A stretch of DNA of 64,000 bases from the NCBI GenBank assembly GCA_018814445.1, contig JAHIZV010000113.1, forward strand, positions 12,679 to 76,678, written 5' to 3'. The stretch's first letter is position 1. Each line of letters begins with the position of its first letter. The notes under the pieces are model-generated. The model searched no databases. It saw only the letters and a list, made by a program, of their open reading frames with translations, and was not told the DNA's origin. Origin of the DNA: Verrucomicrobiota bacterium. GTDB lineage: Bacteria; Verrucomicrobiota; Kiritimatiellia; JAHIZV01. The translations under genes were made by a program, and so were the position numbers. Positions 1 through 9,555 of the stretch are shown here, piece after piece.

Positions 1-407
1 CTGCGAAGGAAGGCGGTGGCCTCTTCGTCCTTCCCGTTTTCTTCCTCAAGCAGTTCGATGCTTCTCTCGATTTGCGAGTGAGCAGATTCCAGCTTCTTGT
101 TGATTGACACCAGAAATCCCTCGCGCAGAAGCTTACTGAGATCCGTTTGCGCCCGGTAGTAGTCGCGGCGATCGCCCTGCTTCCACACCCTCTCCAAAGC
201 GCCCCAGCTCTCAAGCTGACGGCAGGCGATGCTCACGCTGGCTTTGCTGACTCCGAGCTGTTCAGCAATCTCATCGAGGCTCAGGATGTTACTGCTGAGG
301 TACAGCAACATATAGAGACGGCCGAAAAGGCGGTTGAGTCCGAACGTGTGAGCCGTTCGTCCCCCCGCCTCAATCATTTCTCGCTTTGCTGCCGACAGTT
401 CGTTCAT
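1..407 (-). CDS. GbsR/MarR-family (MJ1563-like) winged-helix transcriptional regulator, 3' end truncated by window edge
   Basis: Not in ORF track. Manual translation from ATG at 407: MNELSAAKREMIEAGGRTAHTFGLNRLFGRLYMLLYLSSNILSLDEIAEQLGVSKASVSIACRQLESWGALERVWKQGDRRDYY, matching the GbsR pattern (G++Y.LL, SLDEI...LG.SK.SVS...R.L, GDRRDYY). Confidence 0.85.
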   Translation of the reverse strand, partial: MNELSAAKREMIEAGGRTAHTFGLNRLFGRLYMLLYLSSNILSLDEIAEQLGVSKASVSIACRQLESWGALERVWKQGDRRDYYRAQTDLSKLLREGFLVSINKKLESAHSQIERSIELLEEENGKDEEATAFLR

Positions 408-491
408 TTCCAACGTTTAGAATACTCTAAATACTATTATTTTTGCATTATTGGCAAGGATTTTTGCAGGAATTCGCTTTTTGCGGCGTCA

Positions 492-1037
492 TTAGACCGC
501 TTCGAGAAGCGAAAAATCGACCTCGACAGCCACCGCCTGCTGAATCATGTCCACATTGAGGATAACGCGTGCCTCCCCTTTCATGCGCGCGACCACGCCT
601 TCCAGACCCTTCATAGGGCCGCCCGTCACGCGCACCTGATTCCCAATCTTCAGGTAGGGCATGACCTCAATGCGGTTTCCGCTGGCAAGGGCCGACCGCA
701 CCTGGCGCAATTGCGACACCAACTGTGCCTGATCAAGTACCGTCAGCAGGTTTGCCACATAGGAGTTCTGCCCAAGTCGCATTCTCTCATCGGCCGAGGC
801 CGCGCAGAAAACATAGCCTTTGAAAAGCGGCGACGAGAAGCGCCTGATTCTACCCCCATACCTGTGCTCCTTTTCGACGAGAGGCAGATAAACACCGAGT
901 CCCCGGTCTTCGCAGTACCTGACGATCTTCTTCTCACACCGGGGACGGGCATGGATAACAACCCATTTCCCCTCACCCTCAGGCATCACCAGTATGTCTG
1001 TAGAAATCCCCACGCCAGGCCAATGTGTTCGGATCAA
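492..1037 (-). CDS. UpxY/RfaH/LoaP-type NusG paralog (transcription antitermination factor)
   Basis: NGN domain W..IHARPRCEKK...YLP...PLFKGYVF plus KOW motif G.QVRVTGGPMKGLEG; alternative start ATG at 986. Confidence 0.85.
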   Translation of the reverse strand: MIRTHWPGVGISTDILVMPEGEGKWVVIHARPRCEKKIVRYCEDRGLGVYLPLVEKEHRYGGRIRRFSSPLFKGYVFCAASADERMRLGQNSYVANLLTVLDQAQLVSQLRQVRSALASGNRIEVMPYLKIGNQVRVTGGPMKGLEGVVARMKGEARVILNVDMIQQAVAVEVDFSLLEAV

Positions 1038-1070
1038 AAGAGAATATCTGCACGCGCCGGCCAGTGCCGC

Positions 1071-2522
1071 TCAAACCTTGCCGTGCAAAACAGAAATCGA
1101 TCCACCCTCTTCCTGTGCCGTCTCAACGCCGGACTCACTGTGAGTAAGCCCCGTGACAATTGTGCGAAATGTGCGCAACAGAATCAGGACATCCAGGTAG
1201 AAACTCATGTGTTTGATGTAGTACAGGTCAAACTGCAGCTTTCGGCGTGCTGCTTCAACACTCGCCGCATAGGGATACTTCACCTGCGCCCAGCCCGTTA
1301 CACCGGGCGGCACCAGAAGCCGCTCCCGATAGAACGGTATGACCTCCGCCAGAGCATCGATAAACTCAGGGCGTTCAGGCCGGGGCCCAACCAGGCTCAT
1401 GTCGCCCAGCAGGACGTTTATGAGCTGAGGTATCTCATCAATACGGGTCTTTCTGAGAAAGCGACCGACCCGGGTGACCCGGGTGTCAACCGCCATGGCC
1501 CAGACCGCGCCCGTCTCCTTCTCCGCGTTCATTCTCATGGTCCGGAACTTGATCACGGTGATGGCGCGCCCATCCTGCCCCACCCGCTTCTGGTGGTAGA
1601 AAATCGGGCCTTTGCTGTTGAGCGGAATGGCAATCGCGGCAATCATGGCTATGGGGGCCGACAGAATGAGGCCAATCAAAGCAATGGAAATGTCCATGGC
1701 ACGCTTGAATTTCCGTATATGGATCCGGGAACTGTTCATCGCCGCATGCATCAGCCATTCGTCATCGATATGGTTTAACGGAATCTCACGGGCAAGCTTC
1801 TCGTAAAGGCTGGCATAGTCCAGTACCTCCACTCCCGCATACCGGAGAGGACGCAGCAACCGCAGAAGAGAAGGTTCGCGTGAAAGAGAAGTGGCAACGA
1901 TTATGGTCTCAATATCATAGCCCGCAATCTCCCGAAGCCGGTCGATTCTGCCCAGCACGGGAACGCCCGCGATAAAGTCGCCCGGTCTTCCGCTCGTGGA
2001 GGAAACGATTCCGAAGAGCTTCATGCCGGAATCCGGTGTGCCCGCGACGAGACGGATGATGTTCTCCGCCTCTTCACTGTCGCCGACTATGAGGGCGCTC
2101 TTGTTCAGGAATCCGTATCCCGCCGCCACCCTGTACAACCGGCGGATACCCCACACGCTCCAGAAGATGAAGAATCCGGCCAGCAGAAGTATGCCTCTTC
2201 CAATGTGGAGTCTGAATCGCGCATAGAAAATCACTATGATCACAATGAGACTGATGCCAACGGCGACAAGTGGAGGCACGAACGTGGCCCGTTTAAGCAG
2301 CAATGTCTCACGCTCGTAGAGGCCGGCCACATAGAAAACCACGAGGAATATCAGCACGGAACCGCCGAGGGAGGGAATGTGCTCGATGACATAGGCCATG
2401 CCCTCAGTCGGAGTCAAGCGGATGACAGAGGAAAGGACAATTGAGCCTACAATGCAGACCAAATCCCCCGTGAAGAGAACAAGCCTTCGTAACGGCACCC
2501 TTAAACCCCTGACAAAAAACAT
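1071..2522 (-). CDS. Priming polyprenyl-phosphate glycosylphosphotransferase (WcaJ/WbaP-type sugar transferase)
   Basis: N-terminal TM helices, CoA-binding-like middle, C-terminal KFRTM, RIDEIPQLINVL.GDMSLVGPRPE, PGVTGWAQV, DL.YI motifs. Confidence 0.93.
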   Translation of the reverse strand: MFFVRGLRVPLRRLVLFTGDLVCIVGSIVLSSVIRLTPTEGMAYVIEHIPSLGGSVLIFLVVFYVAGLYERETLLLKRATFVPPLVAVGISLIVIIVIFYARFRLHIGRGILLLAGFFIFWSVWGIRRLYRVAAGYGFLNKSALIVGDSEEAENIIRLVAGTPDSGMKLFGIVSSTSGRPGDFIAGVPVLGRIDRLREIAGYDIETIIVATSLSREPSLLRLLRPLRYAGVEVLDYASLYEKLAREIPLNHIDDEWLMHAAMNSSRIHIRKFKRAMDISIALIGLILSAPIAMIAAIAIPLNSKGPIFYHQKRVGQDGRAITVIKFRTMRMNAEKETGAVWAMAVDTRVTRVGRFLRKTRIDEIPQLINVLLGDMSLVGPRPERPEFIDALAEVIPFYRERLLVPPGVTGWAQVKYPYAASVEAARRKLQFDLYYIKHMSFYLDVLILLRTFRTIVTGLTHSESGVETAQEEGGSISVLHGKV

Positions 2523-2561
2523 TAAACCCCCAGTCAGCAGTTCATTCAGACCAGCCCACTG

Positions 2562-4781
2562 CTACTTATACTCATACCGGTAATTATAGTCATATTGACC
2601 ATAATAAGTCGAATAGTAGTAGTAACCAACCCTGCCGAACTCGAGGTTATTCAGCACGCATCCCAGAAGGTTCGCGCCTCTTTCCCTGAGAACCTGGACC
2701 GATTGGGAAGACAACTTGCGGGATGTCTGTCCGGCCCAGACAACGAAGATCGCCCCCTCTACGAGCGAGGCCAGAATCGCCGCTTCCGATACGGCCATGA
2801 CTGGCGGACAGTCAAACATGACAAAGTCATAGGTCCGCTTCGCGTAGTCCAGGAATGAATTGAATTCCGGCCGCAGGATAATCTCCGCGGGATTCGGCGG
2901 GAACGGCCCGGTCGCCACCAGGTCAAGATTCGGCAGTCCGGTCCGCTGAACGACGGCTTCAGGTTTCGCCTGCCCGACGAGGAGGTCAGAAAAACCGCGT
3001 CCCCCGTCCAGGCCGAAGAACTTATGCAGTTCTCCCCTGCGCATATCTCCATCAACAACGAGGACCCGGGAGCCAACCTGCGCGAGACTCACGCTCAGGT
3101 TCAGGCAGGTCGTTGTCTTCCCCTCTTTCGGAACAGCCGACGTCATTACAATCGTGCGTGCGGTTCCCCTTGGCGAGCTGAAGAGCAGAGCTGAGCGGAC
3201 GTTCCGGTATGCTTCTGCAAGACCGCTCTGCTGATCGATATTGGAAAGCATGTGAGATCTGAGGTCGTCAGGGTCCCAGTTCGCCGCAGGTATGACGCCG
3301 AAGAACGTCAATCCAAGGCCCGAGGTGACTTCTTCAGGATACCTTATGGAATCATCAATGAACTCAAGACCGAATGTGAGACCAAGACCTATGCCCACAC
3401 CGATGAGCGCCGCGAGGAAAAGGCTCTGCATTTTACGCGGCGCGGTCGGCGCGGTCGCGGGGGTGGCATGCTTGATAATTCGAACCGATTCAGGTTCTAT
3501 GCCGATGGTGATATCCACTTCCTTCAGCCGACTGAAGACCAGATCATAAAGTCCCCGAAGACGGTTAACATCCCGCTGGAGCTTCTCGTATTCATGACCC
3601 TTCCGAGCGACGTCCAGGGCCTGATCCTCCCATTCGCTCTCTGCCCGCTGAACCGCCTGCTCCTTGATGGAAAGCGATTCCAGCTCAGAGTAATACTGCC
3701 TGTACGCGAACTGGAGCTCCACATTTATTGATCGGTCGATTTCCTCGAGCTTCTGAAGCGTCTCCTGGATCTTAGGGTGCCCCTCCCTGAATCTCTTGCG
3801 GAGTTCCGCAAGCCCGGACTCGAGCATGGCTTTTTCCCGTTTCAGGCTCCACCAGCCTCCCTCATTTACAACGCCGCGTTCAATCAGACCGGAGGGTCCG
3901 CCGCTCTGCCCCATAACCTGGTTCGTGCTCCCGCCCAACGCGGCGATCGGAGCCATGCCGCCTCCGTAAGCAGACGCCATAGGCGAAGAAAGCGTCGCCA
4001 ACACGACCTCGTCAGATACGTCGGAAAGCAAGGGCTGTTGCGCCTCAAGGAGCATGCGCTCGGTTCTGTATGAAGCGGCGCGGGAAGAGAGGCTTGCAAG
4101 ATACTGAGCGGCAATATTTCCACGTTCATGGATCGCCACTACGCTATTCTCCTTCTCGAAGACCAGGAGGCGCTCCTCCGCCTTCTCAAGTTCGTCGCGA
4201 ATCCGGTTTGCCTGCTGGGTAAGACTGATGACCGTGGCCTGCGAAGTATCCATCCGTTCCTCGACCTTGAAGTCGAGGTATTCTTCGGCCAGAGCGTTCG
4301 CGTAATCCGCGCCGAGAACCGGGTCAAGACTTGTGACGCTGATCGTCATCATCGAGGTGCGCGCGATGGGTGCGACGGACACTTTGACAATACTTGCGGT
4401 TATCTCACTGAGAGGACGGCTCATGCGCTCTCTTGCGCGCTGAATGAGCATTGTCTGAATGATTCTCTGCTGCGTCGCGATGTAATCCGCACCGCGCAGA
4501 AGCTCGTTCTCCTTCTGCTGTAGACGAGAAGGAACCGGCAGTCCGCCCGTCAGAAGCAGCGTGGATTGACACCGATATACAGGGACCTGGCGTACCAGGT
4601 TGAGAACCATCACGCTGAGAGAAACCACAAAACACAACGCAACGAGCCAGATTCTTTTCACGATGATGTGAAAATACTGCTTCATGTCGTACGTGGAGAA
4701 CCCTTTGCCCGCCGGCGGTTGCGCAGACGGCGCTTGAGTCTGTTGTCCTGACATCTCTGGCGGCGTAAGCATATTTTTCAT
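2562..4781 (-). CDS. wzc: Wzc/GumC polysaccharide co-polymerase tyrosine autokinase
   Basis: Two TM segments flanking a coiled-coil periplasmic domain, Walker A TSAVPKEGKTT, VDGDMRR, DCPP, Tyr-rich C-terminus GYYYYSTYYGQYDYNYRYEYK. Confidence 0.93.
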   Translation of the reverse strand: MKNMLTPPEMSGQQTQAPSAQPPAGKGFSTYDMKQYFHIIVKRIWLVALCFVVSLSVMVLNLVRQVPVYRCQSTLLLTGGLPVPSRLQQKENELLRGADYIATQQRIIQTMLIQRARERMSRPLSEITASIVKVSVAPIARTSMMTISVTSLDPVLGADYANALAEEYLDFKVEERMDTSQATVISLTQQANRIRDELEKAEERLLVFEKENSVVAIHERGNIAAQYLASLSSRAASYRTERMLLEAQQPLLSDVSDEVVLATLSSPMASAYGGGMAPIAALGGSTNQVMGQSGGPSGLIERGVVNEGGWWSLKREKAMLESGLAELRKRFREGHPKIQETLQKLEEIDRSINVELQFAYRQYYSELESLSIKEQAVQRAESEWEDQALDVARKGHEYEKLQRDVNRLRGLYDLVFSRLKEVDITIGIEPESVRIIKHATPATAPTAPRKMQSLFLAALIGVGIGLGLTFGLEFIDDSIRYPEEVTSGLGLTFFGVIPAANWDPDDLRSHMLSNIDQQSGLAEAYRNVRSALLFSSPRGTARTIVMTSAVPKEGKTTTCLNLSVSLAQVGSRVLVVDGDMRRGELHKFFGLDGGRGFSDLLVGQAKPEAVVQRTGLPNLDLVATGPFPPNPAEIILRPEFNSFLDYAKRTYDFVMFDCPPVMAVSEAAILASLVEGAIFVVWAGQTSRKLSSQSVQVLRERGANLLGCVLNNLEFGRVGYYYYSTYYGQYDYNYRYEYK

Positions 4782-4785
4782 ATTA

Positions 4786-5973
4786 TCAGAATCCGATGAT
4801 GCGCTCCGGCACTATGATGACATCGCCCGCCTCGAGCGGAACATCGTTCTCAAATTCCCCTGTCTTAAGAATGCGGCCAACGTTGACAGCGAGACTTTGT
4901 TTGGAGCCGTCCGGCCCTTCGCGGATGAGCTTGACCTTGCCTGTGTTGGCAAAATCTGTGAATCCACCACTGTTCAAAATCGCCTTCGCCAACGTGATCC
5001 TCTGGTCGAGGGGCAGCGACATCGGACCCGGCTTCTTCACCTCGCCCAGGAAATACACCTGACCGCGGCTTGCCTGCTCGATCGATGGCACGAAAATAAT
5101 GTCTCCGGCCAGGACCGGCACATTCATAGTCATGTCAGCCGCACCGAAAAGTCGGGACAGATCAACCGGGATCGCAGTGTAATCTCCGGCTTCATTCGGG
5201 CGCAGAATCCGGACCGAATCCATTTTTGCGTAGCGGCTGACGCCGCCGGCTCTGGAGATGGCGCGAATCATATCAAGATCCTTGGAATACGGATGGAAGC
5301 CCGGATTGCCGGCTTCTCCAAGTACCAGGTACTCTGTAAGACCTTCGACATCGCCAAGCGAAGGAACCATGACGATATCACGCGGGCGCAGGAACTGATC
5401 GTTGCTGAAATCCAGCGTCTCCATCATCGACTGAACATCGACCGTGATGATCTGACGCTCCATGCTCCCGCCCGGCTTCCAGCGAATGATCCTGACCTCC
5501 GTGCCCGCGGCTCCACGGGCCAACCCTCCGTGCATCGCAATCAGTTCCATGAGAGTCAGAATCTGGTCGCCCCTGAAATCATGCGCTCCGGGGCTGTTCA
5601 CGGCGCCAAGAACAAGTATGCCGCCTTCGACAAACTCAGCCACTTCAACGGTAACGTTAGCTTCCTTGAAGTAGCTCTGCTTGAGCAGACTTTCTATCAG
5701 GTCAGCGGCCTCTTCCGTGGTGAGGTCAACGACTCGTATTCTCCCAACCAGGGGAAAGTCTATGGTCCCGTCGCCCGCCACCGCGTAGACCCGGTTCATG
5801 TCAGGTTGTTCTTTCACGGAAATCCGGACGCGGTCTCCCGCGATAACGCCTCGAACCGGCGTGGGGGTCTGGGCGGAAGCCGGAAGAATGGCTCCAAGGA
5901 AACCGATAAGAACTGCTGTCAGGACCAGGAAGGTTGAATATCCTGCAAGTCTATGTTGTTTGGCGGAATGCAT
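4786..5973 (-). CDS. wza: Wza-like polysaccharide export protein with Poly_export domain and three SLBB repeats
   Basis: Signal peptide; GDRVRISV...V..DGTIDFPLVGRIRV; repeated V.GEV..PG / AI..AGG SLBB motifs; adjacent to wzc. Confidence 0.88.
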   Translation of the reverse strand: MHSAKQHRLAGYSTFLVLTAVLIGFLGAILPASAQTPTPVRGVIAGDRVRISVKEQPDMNRVYAVAGDGTIDFPLVGRIRVVDLTTEEAADLIESLLKQSYFKEANVTVEVAEFVEGGILVLGAVNSPGAHDFRGDQILTLMELIAMHGGLARGAAGTEVRIIRWKPGGSMERQIITVDVQSMMETLDFSNDQFLRPRDIVMVPSLGDVEGLTEYLVLGEAGNPGFHPYSKDLDMIRAISRAGGVSRYAKMDSVRILRPNEAGDYTAIPVDLSRLFGAADMTMNVPVLAGDIIFVPSIEQASRGQVYFLGEVKKPGPMSLPLDQRITLAKAILNSGGFTDFANTGKVKLIREGPDGSKQSLAVNVGRILKTGEFENDVPLEAGDVIIVPERIIGF

Positions 5974-6010
5974 GCTGTGATCTCAAGAGGCCGAACGGCG
6001 ACTGTATGGA

Positions 6011-7342
6011 CTATAACTCATATACGAAAGTGAGAGTAACGCGGTGTTCGTCCAGAATCTCATCCTCATTGCTGTTGTCTTCATAGGTGTACTGATAGGA
6101 GATAATGCGGGAAATCTTCTCGGTAAGGCGCCGATCATGGGTCAGGAGAACGTCGTACGTCAGTATCTTTTCCTCAGGCAGATCCGGCGGATCATTGATC
6201 TCATACGTAATTCCGAGATTCAGCATCAGATCCCTGATAAACAACTCCTCCTTTGTCAGCCGGTACCCGTATGACGTGGTGTCCGTATCAACCGTTGAAC
6301 CGAACGTGTCGCGCGGCTCGCGCGAAGCAATGAGCGAATGGGAAAGCGACCTGGTTACCTGCTGGTCCAGTGTTGCGCCATAGACAAAAGTTCTATCATT
6401 AGCCTCTCTATTCTTCTCGTAGTCGTACTGCGCGAAGAACGCCAGCCTGTAGTTCGGCGAATCAAACAGCTCGATATCGTCTTCCGCCCGTATGCTGTGG
6501 GTGGCCTCCCAATTACCTTTCTCACCGTCGCTGTCCTCGCGCTCATAGCCCAGAATATAGACGATTCTGGGTCTTTCGATCAGAACCACGTCAAGAGACG
6601 CCAGGTGCGTATCGTCCCACCCATCGTACGCCGCGTCATCGTTGATCACGATCGTTCGATCATGCGTGTAGGCGTAGCCCAGGGCAAGGCGATCATTCAT
6701 GGTCCAACCAGCCTCGGCAGTCACGCTGTCTTCGTCACGATCGCCATCCTGAAATTGCGCGTCATCATGCCGTTCCTGGCTGTGCTCATACCTGGCGCCG
6801 GCTGAGAAGCGGTCAAACTCCCACCCCACATCAACACCGTAGCCGAACACATCGTTCACATCCCTCTTCTCGCGTCCTCCCGGAACAAACTGATCTTCGC
6901 GCGAGTCGAAACGCTTGTCGTAGGTCAGAAAGAGCCCGACATTGTATCGCCCCACTTCCGTCGCGTAATCAAGTTGCAGAGAACCAAATGGATCGGTCTC
7001 CTGATCCAGATCGTCGCGCTTGAAGTGGCGCTCAATCCGCAGATCAGATCCGACGGTCAGCTTCGTGCGCCGGCGGCTTTGAAGCTCACCGTCCAGACTC
7101 ACGCGGACAACGTAGTAGTAGTCTTTCTGCTCTCTCTCGGCTTCCGAATCCCGCAGACCCTCAACGTTCGTCGTGTAGATCAGGTCAAACGCGATGGTGG
7201 AATAGAAGTCAATGCCGCCCAGGCGCAGGAATTGAGCATGGGCGGATGACCCGCAGATTGCGGTGACGGCAAGAATTCCTGCGGTTAAGAGAGATGGGCC
7301 CGCAGGCCTCATCAACCTTCTTCTAATGCGGAAATCCAGCAA
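6011..7342 (-). CDS. Outer-membrane beta-barrel protein of the polysaccharide export locus
   Basis: Signal peptide, alternating Tyr/aromatic amphipathic strands, C-terminal LTFVYEL; directly upstream of wza. Confidence 0.7.
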   Translation of the reverse strand: MLDFRIRRRLMRPAGPSLLTAGILAVTAICGSSAHAQFLRLGGIDFYSTIAFDLIYTTNVEGLRDSEAEREQKDYYYVVRVSLDGELQSRRRTKLTVGSDLRIERHFKRDDLDQETDPFGSLQLDYATEVGRYNVGLFLTYDKRFDSREDQFVPGGREKRDVNDVFGYGVDVGWEFDRFSAGARYEHSQERHDDAQFQDGDRDEDSVTAEAGWTMNDRLALGYAYTHDRTIVINDDAAYDGWDDTHLASLDVVLIERPRIVYILGYEREDSDGEKGNWEATHSIRAEDDIELFDSPNYRLAFFAQYDYEKNREANDRTFVYGATLDQQVTRSLSHSLIASREPRDTFGSTVDTDTTSYGYRLTKEELFIRDLMLNLGITYEINDPPDLPEEKILTYDVLLTHDRRLTEKISRIISYQYTYEDNSNEDEILDEHRVTLTFVYEL

Positions 7343-7422
7343 GGAAGACGCTCCAGATTGTCAGTACTCCGGATTTTTGCGGTGCTGTCCCTGAACGCAC
7401 ATCATAGGGAAAAACGACCAGG

Positions 7423-7821
7423 CTATCTTCCGCCGCCATGAGCACCATCGTACTCCATGACAGGCAACTGGTCACCGGCCGTCAGCGTCGAAGCGTATTC
7501 GAAATCGCCGGGCTCACCCCACTGCACGACCTTACCGTTCAGGAAAATGACCCAGTATTCTTTGTCGTATTTGTCCGTGATAGCCGCGAGGGAAAAGATG
7601 GGCGGTATATACTCCCACACTTCCACCCATTCTTCGTTATCGTAAATCTTGGATGCGCGCACAGCATGCGGGTCACCCATCTCATAGCGGACCTCGTCGG
7701 GGTTCATGCCCAGACGCAGATCGCTGATATGGCGGTCCGGCGTCATGCATCCCCCCAGAAGGCATGCAAAAAACACTAGAATCGCGGCTCTGTATGCAGT
7801 CACGACTGTTCTCCTTTCCAT
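7423..7821 (-). CDS. Small lipoprotein, BamE/SmpA-like fold
   Basis: Lipobox LLGGC; LRLGM..DEV...MG.P; W.Y ... VIF.NGKVVQWG pattern. Confidence 0.6.
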   Translation of the reverse strand: MERRTVVTAYRAAILVFFACLLGGCMTPDRHISDLRLGMNPDEVRYEMGDPHAVRASKIYDNEEWVEVWEYIPPIFSLAAITDKYDKEYWVIFLNGKVVQWGEPGDFEYASTLTAGDQLPVMEYDGAHGGGR

Positions 7822-8045
7822 GGTTTCTCAGTATCGAGTATGTCTTATATAATAAGCCTTTGCCCACTGACAATGCTAATCACTCAGGTTTCCTCCAGTG
7901 AAATGGACCCGCTGTCGAGAGGCTGCCTGCAATCACCGGCAAAACATCGGCAAATGGCCTTGCTGAAAAGCACGTTCAACTGTATCCTAATAATGGTGAA
8001 AAGCAATCGCGGCAAGCCCGTTGAGAGTTACGGGGAAGGTTGGGT

Positions 8046-9272
8046 ATGCGTCTGAGTAAGAAAATTGTGGTTTCATGCGCGATTCTGGTGGTTGCCGGGG
8101 CCGGTTATCTGACGTATCGCGGCGCTCGTCTGGCCACGATAGCTTTTGATGCCCGCGAACAGATTCGATATCTGGTCGAGAGCGGAGAGACAATTGGTGA
8201 AGTTCCCGCAGTAGAGGCGTTCTCCACGGAATACCTCGACCAGGTGTTCGGCGGCAGTCCGGAGCTGCTCGGAAAGTTGAAGGGCGTTATCGCAAAGGGT
8301 CTCACGGAAGATCCTGACCTCACGCTCGGCGAAGTGGCTGCCATGGTAGTCACCTATCATGAGAACGATCAGGGCGAAGCAGAGGACATTGTCGCCCACG
8401 TTTTCGGGGGTTTCCCGCATGAAACACGCAAACCGGGATTCCACCGTGACGGCTATTTCAAACACCTGCTGGACCGTAACGTGTGGAGCATAGGCAACAG
8501 TGTCATAAGTCTTGTTGGACGGGATCTTATCATGTTTGCCGAGAACGAAACGGCGGACAGGCAGGAGAAGATCATCGAATCCCTTCTCTCCGGCAACATA
8601 CTCCCGCTCGCCTACAGCCTCGATAAGCCCTTGCGATATACCGCCGTCTTCCCTGACCCGCGACGGGTGGTTCCCCGTCAACTGAAGAATCATATCCAGG
8701 CGGTCATCCTCAAAGGCACTCTCGGCCAGCGGGAAGGCAAGAACGAGATCATATTCCTGACTCCGTCAGTTAAATCGGCCACATACGCGCTTTCTGTTCT
8801 GAGCGATTTTCAGACCATGTCGGAGGTCACACTCAAAACGCAGTTCAAGGGCATCAAGAGACAAAACGAATGGAATATGGAAATTGTTGACCCTTGGTGG
8901 GCATACGAAATAGTGCAGACATCAGAGAAATCGACCATCGAGAAAGAGGGCAATATCATACGGATACGCTCAGAATACGGGCGGGTCATGGTGAACGCGA
9001 TCCTGAAGACATTGGAGCGCATGGGGCGCGATATGGCGCAGATTCGCGGCAGCCTCAATGAGGGTAAGGACCCCCGGCTGGTCGATGCTGAACTGAAATC
9101 CAGAAAACACCAGCACTACTGGACCGATGAACATCGATGGGGTCCCAATTGGCCGATCGGCTCACTCTCGAAGACGAATGAGCTCGAAGGAACGGACGCC
9201 GAAGCACCGCCCGACACGGCAACTCCTGAGTCAACGTCCTCCGACGTCTCTGCTCCCCCTTCGGGCGCGTAA
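8046..9272 (+). CDS. Hypothetical protein with N-terminal membrane anchor
   Basis: 408-aa ORF with normal codon pattern, hydrophobic N-terminus, low-complexity acidic tail; no family recognised. Confidence 0.7.
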   Translation: MRLSKKIVVSCAILVVAGAGYLTYRGARLATIAFDAREQIRYLVESGETIGEVPAVEAFSTEYLDQVFGGSPELLGKLKGVIAKGLTEDPDLTLGEVAAMVVTYHENDQGEAEDIVAHVFGGFPHETRKPGFHRDGYFKHLLDRNVWSIGNSVISLVGRDLIMFAENETADRQEKIIESLLSGNILPLAYSLDKPLRYTAVFPDPRRVVPRQLKNHIQAVILKGTLGQREGKNEIIFLTPSVKSATYALSVLSDFQTMSEVTLKTQFKGIKRQNEWNMEIVDPWWAYEIVQTSEKSTIEKEGNIIRIRSEYGRVMVNAILKTLERMGRDMAQIRGSLNEGKDPRLVDAELKSRKHQHYWTDEHRWGPNWPIGSLSKTNELEGTDAEAPPDTATPESTSSDVSAPPSGA

Positions 9273-9555
9273 ATACCTCGCCGCAATGTGCCATCACAAT
9301 CGGTCCTGAATTCACATTTATCTTGCCCAAATGTCATATGTTCGGGTTGCCACGTCATCCGTATTGATCTATTATTTTGTCGCTTATCCATTTATGGGAG
9401 ATTCAACAGCTGACCCGGTTGACCGCTGCAGACCGCAAATTCATGCGGCTCGCGGCGGCTTGTGGCGCAGTGTGGATATGCTATATGCTTGATGAAACCG
9501 CCTCTTGTAGGCGATGTGGTGGTCTTTTCTGAGTAGGGGCATACGGTCAAAACGA

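Noticed and set aside
147-1778. 543-aa plus-strand ORF
   Set aside because: Antisense shadow of three well-supported minus-strand genes; no recognisable motifs
4897-5937. Long antisense ORFs (also 14975-15844, 30108-31079, 59106-60464, 62025-63104 and many shorter ones)
   Set aside because: They lie opposite genes with clear family motifs; typical of GC-rich codon bias
7343-8045. ops/JUMPstart element for the RfaH-like protein
   Set aside because: No GGCGGTAG-type sequence found in the leaders inspected
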